From positions 23,439 to 87,438 of IMG/VR virus record IMGVR_UViG_3300017655_000001: a stretch of 64,000 nt of DNA; one strand, given 5' to 3'. Below, piece by piece: positions 43,816 to 53,582 of this stretch; within the stretch, counting starts at the first letter, position 1, and every line of letters starts with the position of its first letter. The stretch is from a virus (Duplodnaviria; Caudoviricetes). The translations under genes and the position numbers were made by a program. The notes under the pieces are model-generated. The model saw only the letters and a program-made list of their open reading frames with translations. It was not told the DNA's origin and ran no database searches.

Positions 43816-44610
43816 TTAATAAATTGAAGCAAATGTGCCACCATTTATGATAACATAGTCACTGTCACCATAATGACCACCATAATCTAACCCATAACCA
43901 TAAGTTCCTGACTCTTCACCAAATCCTAGGGCACCAGGGCTATCTTGGAAACCAAAATACTGGTTAGGTAAAAATTCACCGAAATTAATTCTCACACCAA
44001 CAGTCTTAGGGATTAATCTAGACGGATATCCTTGAGAGTAGGAGCTATAAGTAAGTAAAACTCTCTGAAATGGTGTTAATTGTCCACCCAATAAGACTAT
44101 TGCAACACCATCACCATCTTGTATAATCGCAACTTTATCTAAATTGAAGATAAGCTTGATAGCTTGAATGAATTGCTCTGGTGTAGAGTTTGTTGTATTT
44201 TTAAAGATTTTAGCTCTAATGAATGTCCTGTATGTCTCATCATCAAGCTCAACATTACCACCAAGATCAATACCGTAACTGTAGAAAATGCCACCAATAT
44301 TAGGATCTGTAATATCACCCATTGGAAATGCATTCAAAGCACCCTGCATCCCAAAAAAGTCATACAGGTCTGCCGCAATAAGCTCCCTATCTTGACCTAC
44401 AATACGACCGATGATGTCTAATTGTGCGCCGGTTGCAGTGTCAATGTCACGGAGCTGTAAAAGATCCCTGAAAGTGTTTTCTAAATCAATCTGAGCTTTA
44501 GTCAGAAGCTGTACATACCGATCAAAAACGGGTTGTTCTTTAAATTGTTCGGTTACTCTGGTTCTAGCTTCTTCAGTGTAATCTATGACTGTAAAATTTG
44601 GACTTGTCAT
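43816..44610 (-). CDS. baseplate wedge protein (DUF2612-like, 264 aa)
   Basis: DIDTATGAQLDIIGRIVG, LDDETYRTFIRAKI. Confidence 0.85.
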   Translation of the reverse strand: MTSPNFTVIDYTEEARTRVTEQFKEQPVFDRYVQLLTKAQIDLENTFRDLLQLRDIDTATGAQLDIIGRIVGQDRELIAADLYDFFGMQGALNAFPMGDITDPNIGGIFYSYGIDLGGNVELDDETYRTFIRAKIFKNTTNSTPEQFIQAIKLIFNLDKVAIIQDGDGVAIVLLGGQLTPFQRVLLTYSSYSQGYPSRLIPKTVGVRINFGEFLPNQYFGFQDSPGALGFGEESGTYGYGLDYGGHYGDSDYVIINGGTFASIY

Positions 44611-44620
44611 AAACTACCTC

Positions 44621-46066
44621 TTAGGTTTTAGTAATTAGAATGTTATTTGATTCGAGTGTGGCGATAGCGTTGAAGGCTACAACAATATTTGTTGTAATCC
44701 AAGTAGTTCCATTTAAACTAATTTCAAGACTATTAACAGCATGACCCGGAACGCTGTTGATTGGTGTGTATAACCGTGAATAAATTACGTCATCACCAAT
44801 GCCAAAATTAGTTCCAAAATAGGTTGCAAGATTTGACTTAATTAAGTCATCACCGTTTTGAGGATAATTAGTATCAGTGGTAAGATTCATTCGGATATAA
44901 ACATCTACAGGATTTGGTCTTTCAAACCCAATTTCATGAATAAACCCTTGACTATCAAAAATGGTTTGAATGGTATTCCCGTATGAACGAATACCAAGTG
45001 GTTTATTTTCCCAAATGCTTTCAGCAATATCTAATGGGTCGCCACCTAAAATGATAGGAAGGAAACTGTGAGCAGGAACGCCATTAGCATCTGTTACATC
45101 CGTATCGTTCTCATAAATCTGAACTTCTGTGACATTAGGAAGGCTGATCAAATCTGAATATAAAGCCTCAAGAATGTTTGTAGCTCTGATGTACTTACTC
45201 TGACGGAATCTTTCTCTAAGCTCTTCATCAGTCTCAACATCCTCTCCGGGCACAACAGCACTTGGGTTTGTTACAGTATCCCATCCAATCTTAGGTGTTT
45301 GAATCGAGGTAATTGTGTTGGCTTCACCTGTAACAGGCCCTGCGTTTACCGCTGTAAGGCTTCCAATCTTTCTCGACTTTACAATACCAATGTTTGCACT
45401 GGATGTGAAATTAACAACATCAAAAACACTCACCCTGTCGATATAGAGGATATTACCATCAATAACTGCTGACAGACTCGGATGACTTCCTGCAACGATA
45501 GCTTGAATCCCAGAAAGAATAGAAGATGCTGTAGCACCAACCCCGCTAGTGTAATTAATTGTGTTTGTTGTAGTTGCTGTTTGATAGCTGATGGTGTAGA
45601 GTGTGCTATCTGCAATGACAAGGGGTTGTACACCAATTCCTGATGCGCCTGTTGCGTTTAGGGTAACAGAGGCTCTTACAGTGTAATCTTCACCTGTTGT
45701 TGTACCACGAACAGTAAGTCCAGCATCAATCAGAGTACCAACGTCACCACTAAATAGTGCTTGTGCTGTAGAGAATGTTTGTTCTCCTCGAACCAATCCA
45801 CCGTAAGCCACAAGGTTATCTAGTGCAATACCTGTAGCGGAATTTGGATCAAAGGCAAGATAAACTTGCTGTGCCACTTCCCATAGGTCAGCTAGAGATG
45901 GAATATGAAGACCAATCAATCGACCAATAGCAGTATCTGGTGTGGTTCCTACAATGTCACCGGGAGCAACAAGGTCTTGGAAAAGTTGTACGGCTAATGC
46001 TTCATCTTCGGCTTTTAGGTCAGCCAACCTTTTTATTTCAAAGCCTTGGTTGCTTAATCCAGCCAT
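44621..46066 (-). CDS. baseplate J-like protein (481 aa)
   Basis: ATGIALD, ETDEELRER, NGVPAHS. Confidence 0.9.
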   Translation of the reverse strand: MAGLSNQGFEIKRLADLKAEDEALAVQLFQDLVAPGDIVGTTPDTAIGRLIGLHIPSLADLWEVAQQVYLAFDPNSATGIALDNLVAYGGLVRGEQTFSTAQALFSGDVGTLIDAGLTVRGTTTGEDYTVRASVTLNATGASGIGVQPLVIADSTLYTISYQTATTTNTINYTSGVGATASSILSGIQAIVAGSHPSLSAVIDGNILYIDRVSVFDVVNFTSSANIGIVKSRKIGSLTAVNAGPVTGEANTITSIQTPKIGWDTVTNPSAVVPGEDVETDEELRERFRQSKYIRATNILEALYSDLISLPNVTEVQIYENDTDVTDANGVPAHSFLPIILGGDPLDIAESIWENKPLGIRSYGNTIQTIFDSQGFIHEIGFERPNPVDVYIRMNLTTDTNYPQNGDDLIKSNLATYFGTNFGIGDDVIYSRLYTPINSVPGHAVNSLEISLNGTTWITTNIVVAFNAIATLESNNILITKT

Positions 46067-46077
46067 TGGGGTATCCT

Positions 46078-46446
46078 TTAGATGAGCGGAGTGATTGTTA
46101 TTGTCTCTGTTTCTTCACCTGTTGTAACTCTTACTCTAAACTGTGCAGAGTATTGTCTGTTTACAAGTGTTGAACTAAAATAAGTAATCTCTTTTACACC
46201 AAGTGTCGCTAGAATTTCTTGTTGTAAAGTTGTATCAATTCTTTGTTTAGGAACTTTACGACCTAGCCAATCAAAATAGGGGATGCCGTGTGCTAAGTCT
46301 AGAAACCATTCTGTTTCAATAGTTCTTAATAGTATGAAAAGCCTCTGTGCTACTGTTTGAACAAATGGTTGTGTTGTGTATTCTTTTGTAAGGCTCCCGT
46401 TGTGAAAAATCAGGTCGCCGCCGTTCATATCAAGAAGTAAATCCAT
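46078..46446 (-). CDS. baseplate wedge gp25/W-like protein (122 aa)
   Basis: EWFLDLAHGIPY motif; position upstream of baseplate J. Confidence 0.8.
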   Translation of the reverse strand: MDLLLDMNGGDLIFHNGSLTKEYTTQPFVQTVAQRLFILLRTIETEWFLDLAHGIPYFDWLGRKVPKQRIDTTLQQEILATLGVKEITYFSSTLVNRQYSAQFRVRVTTGEETETITITPLI

Positions 46447-46455
46447 TATCCCTCC

Positions 46456-47184
46456 TTAGGGGTTGCTTGGAGGAGTAGTACCCGGAGTATGTCTGTGGGA
46501 GCTGAAAATGACCCCATTGAAGCTGAATACCCCCGTGTGAGTTACATTACCAGTCCACGTACAATCACCAATCCAAGTTGTATTTTGCGCATTAATGGAA
46601 AGGTTTGGTGTAGTGATAGATGCAGATGTGTTAGCCGTAACGTCAGCTTCATCACACTCAACAATCACTTTTTGTTGGGTCTTCAGAACAATGTCACCAT
46701 TCTGTTTAATCCTAACTTCAGCTTCATTTCCGCCAAGCCCATTAAACATTACAGCATCTTCAATACTGTGATCGTAAATGTGCTTGCTTGGGTTGTTTAC
46801 AGCCACACCTTGAGTCTGGATACCGGGAATGAACATGGCGTCATTCTTATCCATCTTGGCATAGTTTAAAGGTGTCGAAGGATAGCCATCAGATGTTTTC
46901 CAAGCCTCCAAAGATCGCATAGAGAAGATAGCAATACCTGTATCTCCAGGCTTAATAGGGAATGTAAAACCAGCACTTTTAGAGACAGGAAAAGATACAG
47001 GAACTGATTGAATTACAGGACGCTCTTTAACACCACCATCTTTCATCTTCTGATTGATTGCCGGTTGGATGTTCACAGAAGAAGGTCCTGCAACTGAAAC
47101 TACTACACAAGGAATAGCTGTATATACATTATTCATTTGCGATTGAAAGGCAGCAGTAAGAACATCTTGCATTTCATTAATCAT
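46456..47184 (-). CDS. baseplate central spike (Gp138/gpV-like, 242 aa)
   Basis: VPVSFP...FPIKPGD, DAMFIPG, C-terminal HRH iron-binding motif. Confidence 0.88.
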   Translation of the reverse strand: MINEMQDVLTAAFQSQMNNVYTAIPCVVVSVAGPSSVNIQPAINQKMKDGGVKERPVIQSVPVSFPVSKSAGFTFPIKPGDTGIAIFSMRSLEAWKTSDGYPSTPLNYAKMDKNDAMFIPGIQTQGVAVNNPSKHIYDHSIEDAVMFNGLGGNEAEVRIKQNGDIVLKTQQKVIVECDEADVTANTSASITTPNLSINAQNTTWIGDCTWTGNVTHTGVFSFNGVIFSSHRHTPGTTPPSNP

Positions 47185-47185
47185 T

Positions 47186-48082
47186 TTATTTATCCTTAAC
47201 TACTTTCTCTAAGCTGCTGCCCTTTATCTCAGTGAACCAATTATCCCCACGCCAAGAACCAGAGTGACGAATGGAGTCAACTTTATACCAACCTTTAAGA
47301 AGACCTTCTTCGATTTGAATAATGTCCCCAGCTTTGATTTCTGGATTCAAAAGAATTTTCATTTGAACACCGGGCTTTTTAACCTTATCCTTCTTAGACC
47401 TTCTTCTGTCACCAGAAACACGATAGGGGCGCTCAATTAGCCCTGTAAATGGGGAAATCACATAAGCCAATTGGAACTGCTCTGTTGCTGCCCTATCGTT
47501 ATCGTGCACATAAAGAACGCCGTCGTCTAACTGCCAATCAAGCTGGTACTTCTCTGCAAGCTCATCTAGCATCTCTTTTGGTGTACCAGATAACGGATAA
47601 CCATAGATAATTTCGTTATTAAGATTTGTACCATTGTAAACACCACGATCAGCACCAATCCCTTTACGAAGCTTTTCAATAGCATCCTTAACGTTATTGC
47701 CTGGAGGAACTAAATCACTCAGTGTCTCGTGGTTCAAATTCACGTAGCCGCTACCCATAGTAATCTGACAGACCACGTCCGTTCCAGATTTTCTAGTAGA
47801 GACGTTAGTGACTTGACCGGCAAATAATCTTTTAGGTCCACCTGTATCAAGATAGCCTGCTTCAAAAACAGCAGCGGGGTAGTCTGTATCTAGAATTTTA
47901 AGACTTTCTTCACTAAGGTTAGTAATTTCTATAGTAGCACTGTTAGTCCTATTTTTATTATTAGTACTTTTACTTATATCAAAAGTAACCTGCAAATCCT
48001 CTACTAGAATCCCATTACCATTTTTGAAGTCGCCAATGATTAGTCTATACTGACGATTCATTTGCAATATAGGATTAGTCAT
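47186..48082 (-). CDS. baseplate hub protein (298 aa)
   Basis: FDISKS...ATIEITNL, LLNPEIKAGD, HSGSWRG. Confidence 0.85.
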   Translation of the reverse strand: MTNPILQMNRQYRLIIGDFKNGNGILVEDLQVTFDISKSTNNKNRTNSATIEITNLSEESLKILDTDYPAAVFEAGYLDTGGPKRLFAGQVTNVSTRKSGTDVVCQITMGSGYVNLNHETLSDLVPPGNNVKDAIEKLRKGIGADRGVYNGTNLNNEIIYGYPLSGTPKEMLDELAEKYQLDWQLDDGVLYVHDNDRAATEQFQLAYVISPFTGLIERPYRVSGDRRRSKKDKVKKPGVQMKILLNPEIKAGDIIQIEEGLLKGWYKVDSIRHSGSWRGDNWFTEIKGSSLEKVVKDK

Positions 48083-48815
48083 CTTCTCTCACCTCCCATA
48101 ACATAAGACTTTCATAGACTCTAGGATCGATCAGTTGTTTCCATTGATTCGCAACCTTGCGGATTTCTGCTTCTTTTGTACTCTTATAGGACAAAAAGGC
48201 CTCTAAAGGGTCATTGAAAACACCCACCTCCACTTGTCTATTGTCTATTCTGCAAGAAGCAATGAAGAGATTTCTTACTTTATTGAAGGAGACTCCTATA
48301 GGAAACTCACCCCTACAAGACCTATTACTAATGATAAGATTGTTAATAGAGGATGGTACAAACGCGCATGTATCGGGTCCGTATTCTTTATTTCCCCTTA
48401 AGATAATATCTTTATCAAGATTCCAACCTTCATTTTTAAAACCAACGGAATTGTTACACCATTCGGCAAAATTTTGAAAATTGTGAAAGTAAGGGTTTAC
48501 ATAGTTTTCTGTGTAAGTCGGGTGTCGTTGTAGAAATTTAGGGTCATAACAACGCTGTAGAACGGATCTCCAAACTACGCTTTCTTTCGTAAGCAGTTTG
48601 TTTTTACTAGTCACAAAAATCCCTTCTCCTATATAGCCAACGCCTTGCACGGATGGATGGTAAGGATTTTTCACATTTCCAACTCTTAAGGAGTCAGCAC
48701 GCACGATTTTCCTATACCCATCTGAAAATTCCACCAGCACTTCTGTGCAACTTTTGTATTCTAAGACTACACAAGAGCCACTGGTTTTAGTGACAAACTT
48801 AGTACCAACTTCCAC
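48075..48815 (-). CDS. HNH-type homing endonuclease (DKDI family, 246 aa)
   Basis: WRSVLQRCY, FQNFAEW, LDKDIILRGNKEYGPDTC; GTG start with GGAGG RBS. Confidence 0.85.
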   Translation of the reverse strand: MEVGTKFVTKTSGSCVVLEYKSCTEVLVEFSDGYRKIVRADSLRVGNVKNPYHPSVQGVGYIGEGIFVTSKNKLLTKESVVWRSVLQRCYDPKFLQRHPTYTENYVNPYFHNFQNFAEWCNNSVGFKNEGWNLDKDIILRGNKEYGPDTCAFVPSSINNLIISNRSCRGEFPIGVSFNKVRNLFIASCRIDNRQVEVGVFNDPLEAFLSYKSTKEAEIRKVANQWKQLIDPRVYESLMLWEVREDD

Positions 48816-48847
48816 AATAGACCTCCAAAATAATCTGTAAGCCTACT

Positions 48848-48876
48848 ATTTTACAGGAATCCTTAAGAAAATGCAA
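48848..48876 (-). promoter_or_regulatory. sigma70-like promoter of HNH gene
   Basis: TTGCAT-17-TAAAAT. Confidence 0.6.
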
Positions 48877-48894
48877 GTCCTAGAGGATCATGAG

Positions 48895-49230
48895 TTATTC
48901 TTCCGTTTCGTACACATAAACAAGCTCATAGTACTCATTAATATTTTCTGGATATACTTTATAAGGTTTGCTCAAAAGATTAGCTTTCTCATACATATAG
49001 AAATAACCAGTAAGGGGATACAAAGCATATTCAAGGAACATTGGGTAATTTGGTACTAAAGCTTCACCCATAACAATTGGAACTAAATCAGCATCTAAAA
49101 GAGAGATGGTGTAAAGTTGCATTCTCTCATTGTAGATAAACCTGAGCACATATGATTCACCTTGAAGGGCAACACCATACTCATAATAAGCATCTGAAAA
49201 CAGAGGTAAAGATACATATTTTTTAGCCAT
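48895..49230 (-). CDS. baseplate plug-like protein (111 aa)
   Basis: YVLRFIYNER motif; position after Dit-like gene. Confidence 0.75.
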   Translation of the reverse strand: MAKKYVSLPLFSDAYYEYGVALQGESYVLRFIYNERMQLYTISLLDADLVPIVMGEALVPNYPMFLEYALYPLTGYFYMYEKANLLSKPYKVYPENINEYYELVYVYETEE

Positions 49231-50011
49231 TGCCTACCGCCTGTCTTGCTGGATCAATATCAGGAGCAGCTTCTACTTTTGCATTATTTGAAGCATCTTG
49301 AACTGTACTGTCTTGTTTGCCTTTGCTGGCCTTAGAGCTTGCTTTCTTTTTAAGACTGCTCTGAACGTCTTGAGGTATTTCTGCCTTCTTGAGTGTTGCA
49401 AACGTAACTTGTTCAAAAGAGAAGTCGCAATACAAAGCATAGCCTGTATCAGGTGTTTCTCTGAAAGTTACGTTAGTCATTACAAGTCTATTAACTACAC
49501 GGGTGATGTTGTAGCCATCATATTCATAAAGATCAATCAACTGTATATTAGGATTGTATCTTCCTGTGTTCTTATCTAGGATAACTCCAGAGGTTAGAGA
49601 AATTAAAGCTTCTCTAATCTGTTCTGTGAGGTCTGTATCCTCTAGATTACTAACAACATCTGGAGTAGAGTCAGAAAGAAACTGACCAATACTGCTCGGA
49701 ATAAACTTACGAAGAACGCTGTTATCTGTAGAGTTAACAGACACTTCTGGCGGAGCTTGTCTAGCGTTGTATGGTGAGTTTCCTTCATTATCCTTAACTA
49801 AATAAGTACCTGTCGAAATATCGATACCTGATATCACAGCACCTATTTTGTATTTAGCGTTTGCTTTGACGAAGTGGTCAGTGATTACACCACCTACGTC
49901 TATAGGGTGAGAGGTAGTCTTCCCACTATGATCTTGAGTATACAGGGAGACAGCATCTAAATAGATGAAGCCTCCACCATTCTGATCATTCCATTTTAGA
50001 GCTAATGACAT
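49223..50011 (-). CDS. Dit-like / baseplate-tail tube initiator protein (262 aa)
   Basis: TSHPIDVG..ITDH, FSFEQV; follows tape measure. Confidence 0.8.
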   Translation of the reverse strand: MSLALKWNDQNGGGFIYLDAVSLYTQDHSGKTTSHPIDVGGVITDHFVKANAKYKIGAVISGIDISTGTYLVKDNEGNSPYNARQAPPEVSVNSTDNSVLRKFIPSSIGQFLSDSTPDVVSNLEDTDLTEQIREALISLTSGVILDKNTGRYNPNIQLIDLYEYDGYNITRVVNRLVMTNVTFRETPDTGYALYCDFSFEQVTFATLKKAEIPQDVQSSLKKKASSKASKGKQDSTVQDASNNAKVEAAPDIDPARQAVGNG

Positions 50012-50013
50012 AA

Positions 50014-51960
50014 TTACTCCTTCTGAGGGAAGAACACAGCCACTTGTTCTAAATTAGTTGCAAATGCTTGTGCTAGCTGTTGTGCTTGAACTTCAATATC
50101 AATACCACCAAGCGTTGCTGCATCTACTGTTAGACTAATGTTAAACTCATTGGTAGTGGTGTTAGTTATTTCTCTTGCATCGGCTCCAGTGAAACTTCTA
50201 TCAAACTGATTGGCAGGAAGTCCGTAATCGAAACCTGCTGGTTGCTGACCAAAAGCATTACTCTCTTTAGGACCAAGAGCATCTTTTGAGAACAACCCAA
50301 ACCTAGTACTGTCACCAGAAGCAGGATTATTACCTAGTCCATAGGAGTCTATTAAAGATTGGGGTGTAAAAGTACTACTAGCTCCGCCGAAGATTGTACC
50401 ACTAAATTGTGGCATATCTGTTTCAAATAAGTTAGCGGCAACTCTAAGTGCATAATTAGGTAGTTGTACACCTCTTTCAACAATACTGTCATATCTAGAG
50501 TTTACAAAAGTTCTGAGCGTATCACCAAAACCGGTGAAATCACCACTAATAAGCTTCGCGACTAGTTCTAATTGGCTGGCAATATCTTTACTAACTGTTT
50601 GAAGACTTGGTAGCCACGAAGGGCCTGAAGTATTAGATATCGTACTAAATGCGTCTGAAATCTTTTTCCAATCTTCTTGCAGTTGTTTAGTAGCATCAAC
50701 ACCAAGCCAATCTGCTACAATAGAGTCTCTACCTTCCAACGCACGTACAAAAGACTGTGGGAATAGAAGCAGATCATCAGCGAATTTAGTAGCATCATTG
50801 AAGCCTCTTGCAAGACTCTCGACTAGGCCATTTGATTCGCTCAAACCTGCGTTTAGGGTGCGGAAAATCCTTGCAAAACCTTCCTCTACACCTGCGTTTG
50901 AAGCCACTACTGCAAGATCGTTTACTGTGTTCTGGTATCGTGCTTGCTCTGCTTGAGATGCTGTACTGGCAGCAGCTAGTGATGGGGCTGCTTGTTGTGA
51001 AGCTAAAGCGCCAGCGAAGTTAAGAACACCAGCATTAACTTGGCCCTTCTTGGTTGCTGCAAATAAAGCAGAAATCGCCTCTTGCCCTGTCAGACTACCG
51101 CCGATCTGTTGCTGATAGGCTCTAGCAAATAAAGATACTGCACCCGGAAGACTCTCTGCTAGCTGACCAGTAAGTTCTTCTGCTTGGAGCTTACCTTTAC
51201 CAGCTACTTGACTTAAGGCTCTAAATACACGCTGTTGTTGAACCCTATCTAACTTGTTTACACGGGCTAATTCTGCAAACCCCGTATATACTTGTTGACC
51301 TTGTTGGATACTAAACCCAGCGCCGGTCAAACCAGAAAGAAGTTTGTTATAATCTGGAGAAGCATCGAGATAGTTAAAACCTACTCGCTGTGCTTGTTGT
51401 CTTAAGAATTCAAAGGACTGTTGTCCTTGCTCTACTGTACCACCAGCTTGTTGTACAACTGCTTGTGATTGGAGTTGGGCAGATACTACCTCTTGGTTAC
51501 GTCTATTAAGAGCACCAAGACCATAACCACCACCAATCAAAGCAAGCCCTGCTGTCCCTAATCTTCCTAAGCCAAAGCTGCCAAAAGCTGCCCCTGTAGC
51601 TGCTGCTCTTGCAATTGAACCTGTTGCATTAGGTCTTACGTTGACAGTGGCTGCTGCAACTCTGGAAGCTTCAGCTAGTGATCTTGTAAGTTGCCTATTT
51701 AAAGAGCTTTGATCGATATTAAATCTACTTACCTGAAATACGTTTCTTGTAGATGCAACATCTAAAGCATTACCAAGAGCAATGTTCAACCTTCTTTGAT
51801 CAACAGTGAACCTATTAATATCAAGATTTAAAGTGGTGTTTAATCTTTTTTGAAAAGCTTTTAGTCTATTCTCAATAGAGTTTAATGCCCTATCAACTTG
51901 TTGTACATCTCTTGTACTTACTTGAAACCCTATGGACGCATAGTATTTTGCGATGTTCAA
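50014..51960 (-). CDS. tape measure protein (648 aa)
   Basis: Ala/Gly/Gln-rich helical, LSQVAGKGKLQAEELTGQLAESLPG tape-measure motif; follows chaperones. Confidence 0.9.
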   Translation of the reverse strand: MNIAKYYASIGFQVSTRDVQQVDRALNSIENRLKAFQKRLNTTLNLDINRFTVDQRRLNIALGNALDVASTRNVFQVSRFNIDQSSLNRQLTRSLAEASRVAAATVNVRPNATGSIARAAATGAAFGSFGLGRLGTAGLALIGGGYGLGALNRRNQEVVSAQLQSQAVVQQAGGTVEQGQQSFEFLRQQAQRVGFNYLDASPDYNKLLSGLTGAGFSIQQGQQVYTGFAELARVNKLDRVQQQRVFRALSQVAGKGKLQAEELTGQLAESLPGAVSLFARAYQQQIGGSLTGQEAISALFAATKKGQVNAGVLNFAGALASQQAAPSLAAASTASQAEQARYQNTVNDLAVVASNAGVEEGFARIFRTLNAGLSESNGLVESLARGFNDATKFADDLLLFPQSFVRALEGRDSIVADWLGVDATKQLQEDWKKISDAFSTISNTSGPSWLPSLQTVSKDIASQLELVAKLISGDFTGFGDTLRTFVNSRYDSIVERGVQLPNYALRVAANLFETDMPQFSGTIFGGASSTFTPQSLIDSYGLGNNPASGDSTRFGLFSKDALGPKESNAFGQQPAGFDYGLPANQFDRSFTGADAREITNTTTNEFNISLTVDAATLGGIDIEVQAQQLAQAFATNLEQVAVFFPQKE

Positions 51961-51963
51961 TAA

Positions 51964-52224
51964 TTATTCTCCTTGAGTCTTTTTAATTTTAGCCTTCTCT
52001 TGCTCAAGAAGAGCATCATATACATCTAGCATTTCCAAAACATCATACATCTGTTTGGCAGAATAGCAACTACTCATTTTAAGAGCTAATTCCATGCCGC
52101 CTTTAGGATGCATAGCTATTCTGTATATCTGCCAGTGCTGGGAGAACTTTTCAGATATCTCTTTTTCAAGCTTAGTTTCATTACCCGACGCAGACTTATT
52201 TATTTTTCTGTATCGGGTTCCTGA
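51964..52224 (-). CDS. C-terminal extension of tail assembly chaperone GT (reached by -1 frameshift)
   Basis: open -1 frame from GGGTTTT to TAA at 51964; TGA just upstream in this frame, so no upstream start. Confidence 0.7.
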   Translation of the reverse strand, partial: SGTRYRKINKSASGNETKLEKEISEKFSQHWQIYRIAMHPKGGMELALKMSSCYSAKQMYDVLEMLDVYDALLEQEKAKIKKTQGE

Positions 52225-52523
52225 AAACCCTCTTCTTCTTCAGGGAAGTTGAAGTCAAGAATTTCTCGATAAAGCTTAGACATCTGTTTAATTTTACGAG
52301 CAAAGTGAGTATTGAATTTCTTCTCATCAATCACCATACTACCAAGCGTGGCATATTTACAAATAACTTGTTTCATTACAGCAAGGTCAGACTTACCTGA
52401 TTCTGAAATTGATCGGTTTTCTTCCAACCACTTAAGCCCTTCGGTTGCGGGCATAGCAGTTACGGTATATGTATAATCACCTACAGTGATTTCTGTTTGT
52501 TCTAAAAGGTCAAGCTTAGCCAT
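52200..52523 (-). CDS. tail assembly chaperone (G, 107 aa)
   Basis: position between tube genes and tape measure; slippery site. Confidence 0.8.
   Translation of the reverse strand: MAKLDLLEQTEITVGDYTYTVTAMPATEGLKWLEENRSISESGKSDLAVMKQVICKYATLGSMVIDEKKFNTHFARKIKQMSKLYREILDFNFPEEEEGFQEPDTEK
52224..52230 (-). other. programmed -1 frameshift slippery heptamer G GGT TTT
   Basis: X XXY YYZ-type site near 3' end of chaperone gene, directly upstream of tape measure. Confidence 0.75.
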
Positions 52524-52553
52524 TTTGTTTTCCTAAAATTTAAATGTCCACAA

Positions 52554-53066
52554 TCAAAGGATACCAGAAACAAATGATGTAATCTCATTGATTGCAGAGT
52601 CTAACAAACTGTTTTGTGGTCTTACGTTACTTCCCACATTGTAAGTATTAGTGGTCTGACAGAAGATTCTCCATTCTCTTGTACCGAAGTCAGCAGTGTA
52701 CTCTACATTTGCAAAACTTATGATATAAGCTTCTTTTGATGAGAATACACTAGTACCACTCTCGTCTTTAAGGGTCAGGGAAATCCTTGCTGTACCTTGT
52801 ACAATATCTTGACTGTGTATTTCACTAAGAACATCGTTTGCTTGCGATTCTTGACTAAGAGTTATGGAGATGAAGCAGGAAGAATCATTAGTGTTTTTTC
52901 CCCCACTTCTAACTCTTGTATGCTTACCTCTAATACCATAAATAGGTTTAAAGCTGTCTGTTCTTCTGCTGATAGAAATTCTATCCCAACCTGAGAGCGT
53001 ATAACCGCCCATGGTGAGAGAAACTTCTGAAGGGCTGTATGTAGCTACTGTAAAACTATTAGCCAT
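52554..53066 (-). CDS. tail tube-fold protein 3 (170 aa)
   Basis: TYSPSEVSL...; paralogous to the two upstream genes. Confidence 0.75.
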   Translation of the reverse strand: MANSFTVATYSPSEVSLTMGGYTLSGWDRISISRRTDSFKPIYGIRGKHTRVRSGGKNTNDSSCFISITLSQESQANDVLSEIHSQDIVQGTARISLTLKDESGTSVFSSKEAYIISFANVEYTADFGTREWRIFCQTTNTYNVGSNVRPQNSLLDSAINEITSFVSGIL

Positions 53067-53569
53067 TATAGGATGCCCTCAATTGCAGGAAGTGCTGAAG
53101 ATGCAATATTAATCAAGTCCTCAACCAAACTAGACTCTCCATTGTTACTACCAAAGTTGATAACAGCAGAGGAGCATTTAATGCGCCAAGTCCTTGTGTC
53201 TACAGTATTACTCTTACTTAAGGTAGGTAGTCCTTCAATCCAAGATGTAGCTGAGAAAAATAAATCACTGCCGCTACCATCTTTAATTAAAATGGGGAAC
53301 TTGCCCCTTTGACTAATCTCATCAAGTTGCAAAAGCTTAGTGAGGAAAGTATTTGCTGAAGACCCATTATGAACTGTTAAGGTAACTGTGTAGTTTTGAC
53401 TATTAGCATAGATCCTAATAGGTCTACCATCAGCTGTTGTACGTGACCTGTAGGGCATGACATCCTTGTCAATAGAGATGAATGTACCATCTACAAACCC
53501 CTCAATGGGCATAATCCCTGCAAGCAGGACATTCACCTCTGATGGTATATAGTTAAAGAGGGTTGTCAT
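53066..53569 (-). CDS. tail tube-fold protein 2 (167 aa)
   Basis: NYIPSEVNV...GFVDGTFI. Confidence 0.75.
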   Translation of the reverse strand: MTTLFNYIPSEVNVLLAGIMPIEGFVDGTFISIDKDVMPYRSRTTADGRPIRIYANSQNYTVTLTVHNGSSANTFLTKLLQLDEISQRGKFPILIKDGSGSDLFFSATSWIEGLPTLSKSNTVDTRTWRIKCSSAVINFGSNNGESSLVEDLINIASSALPAIEGIL

Positions 53570-53582
53570 GCTTTACTCCGTA

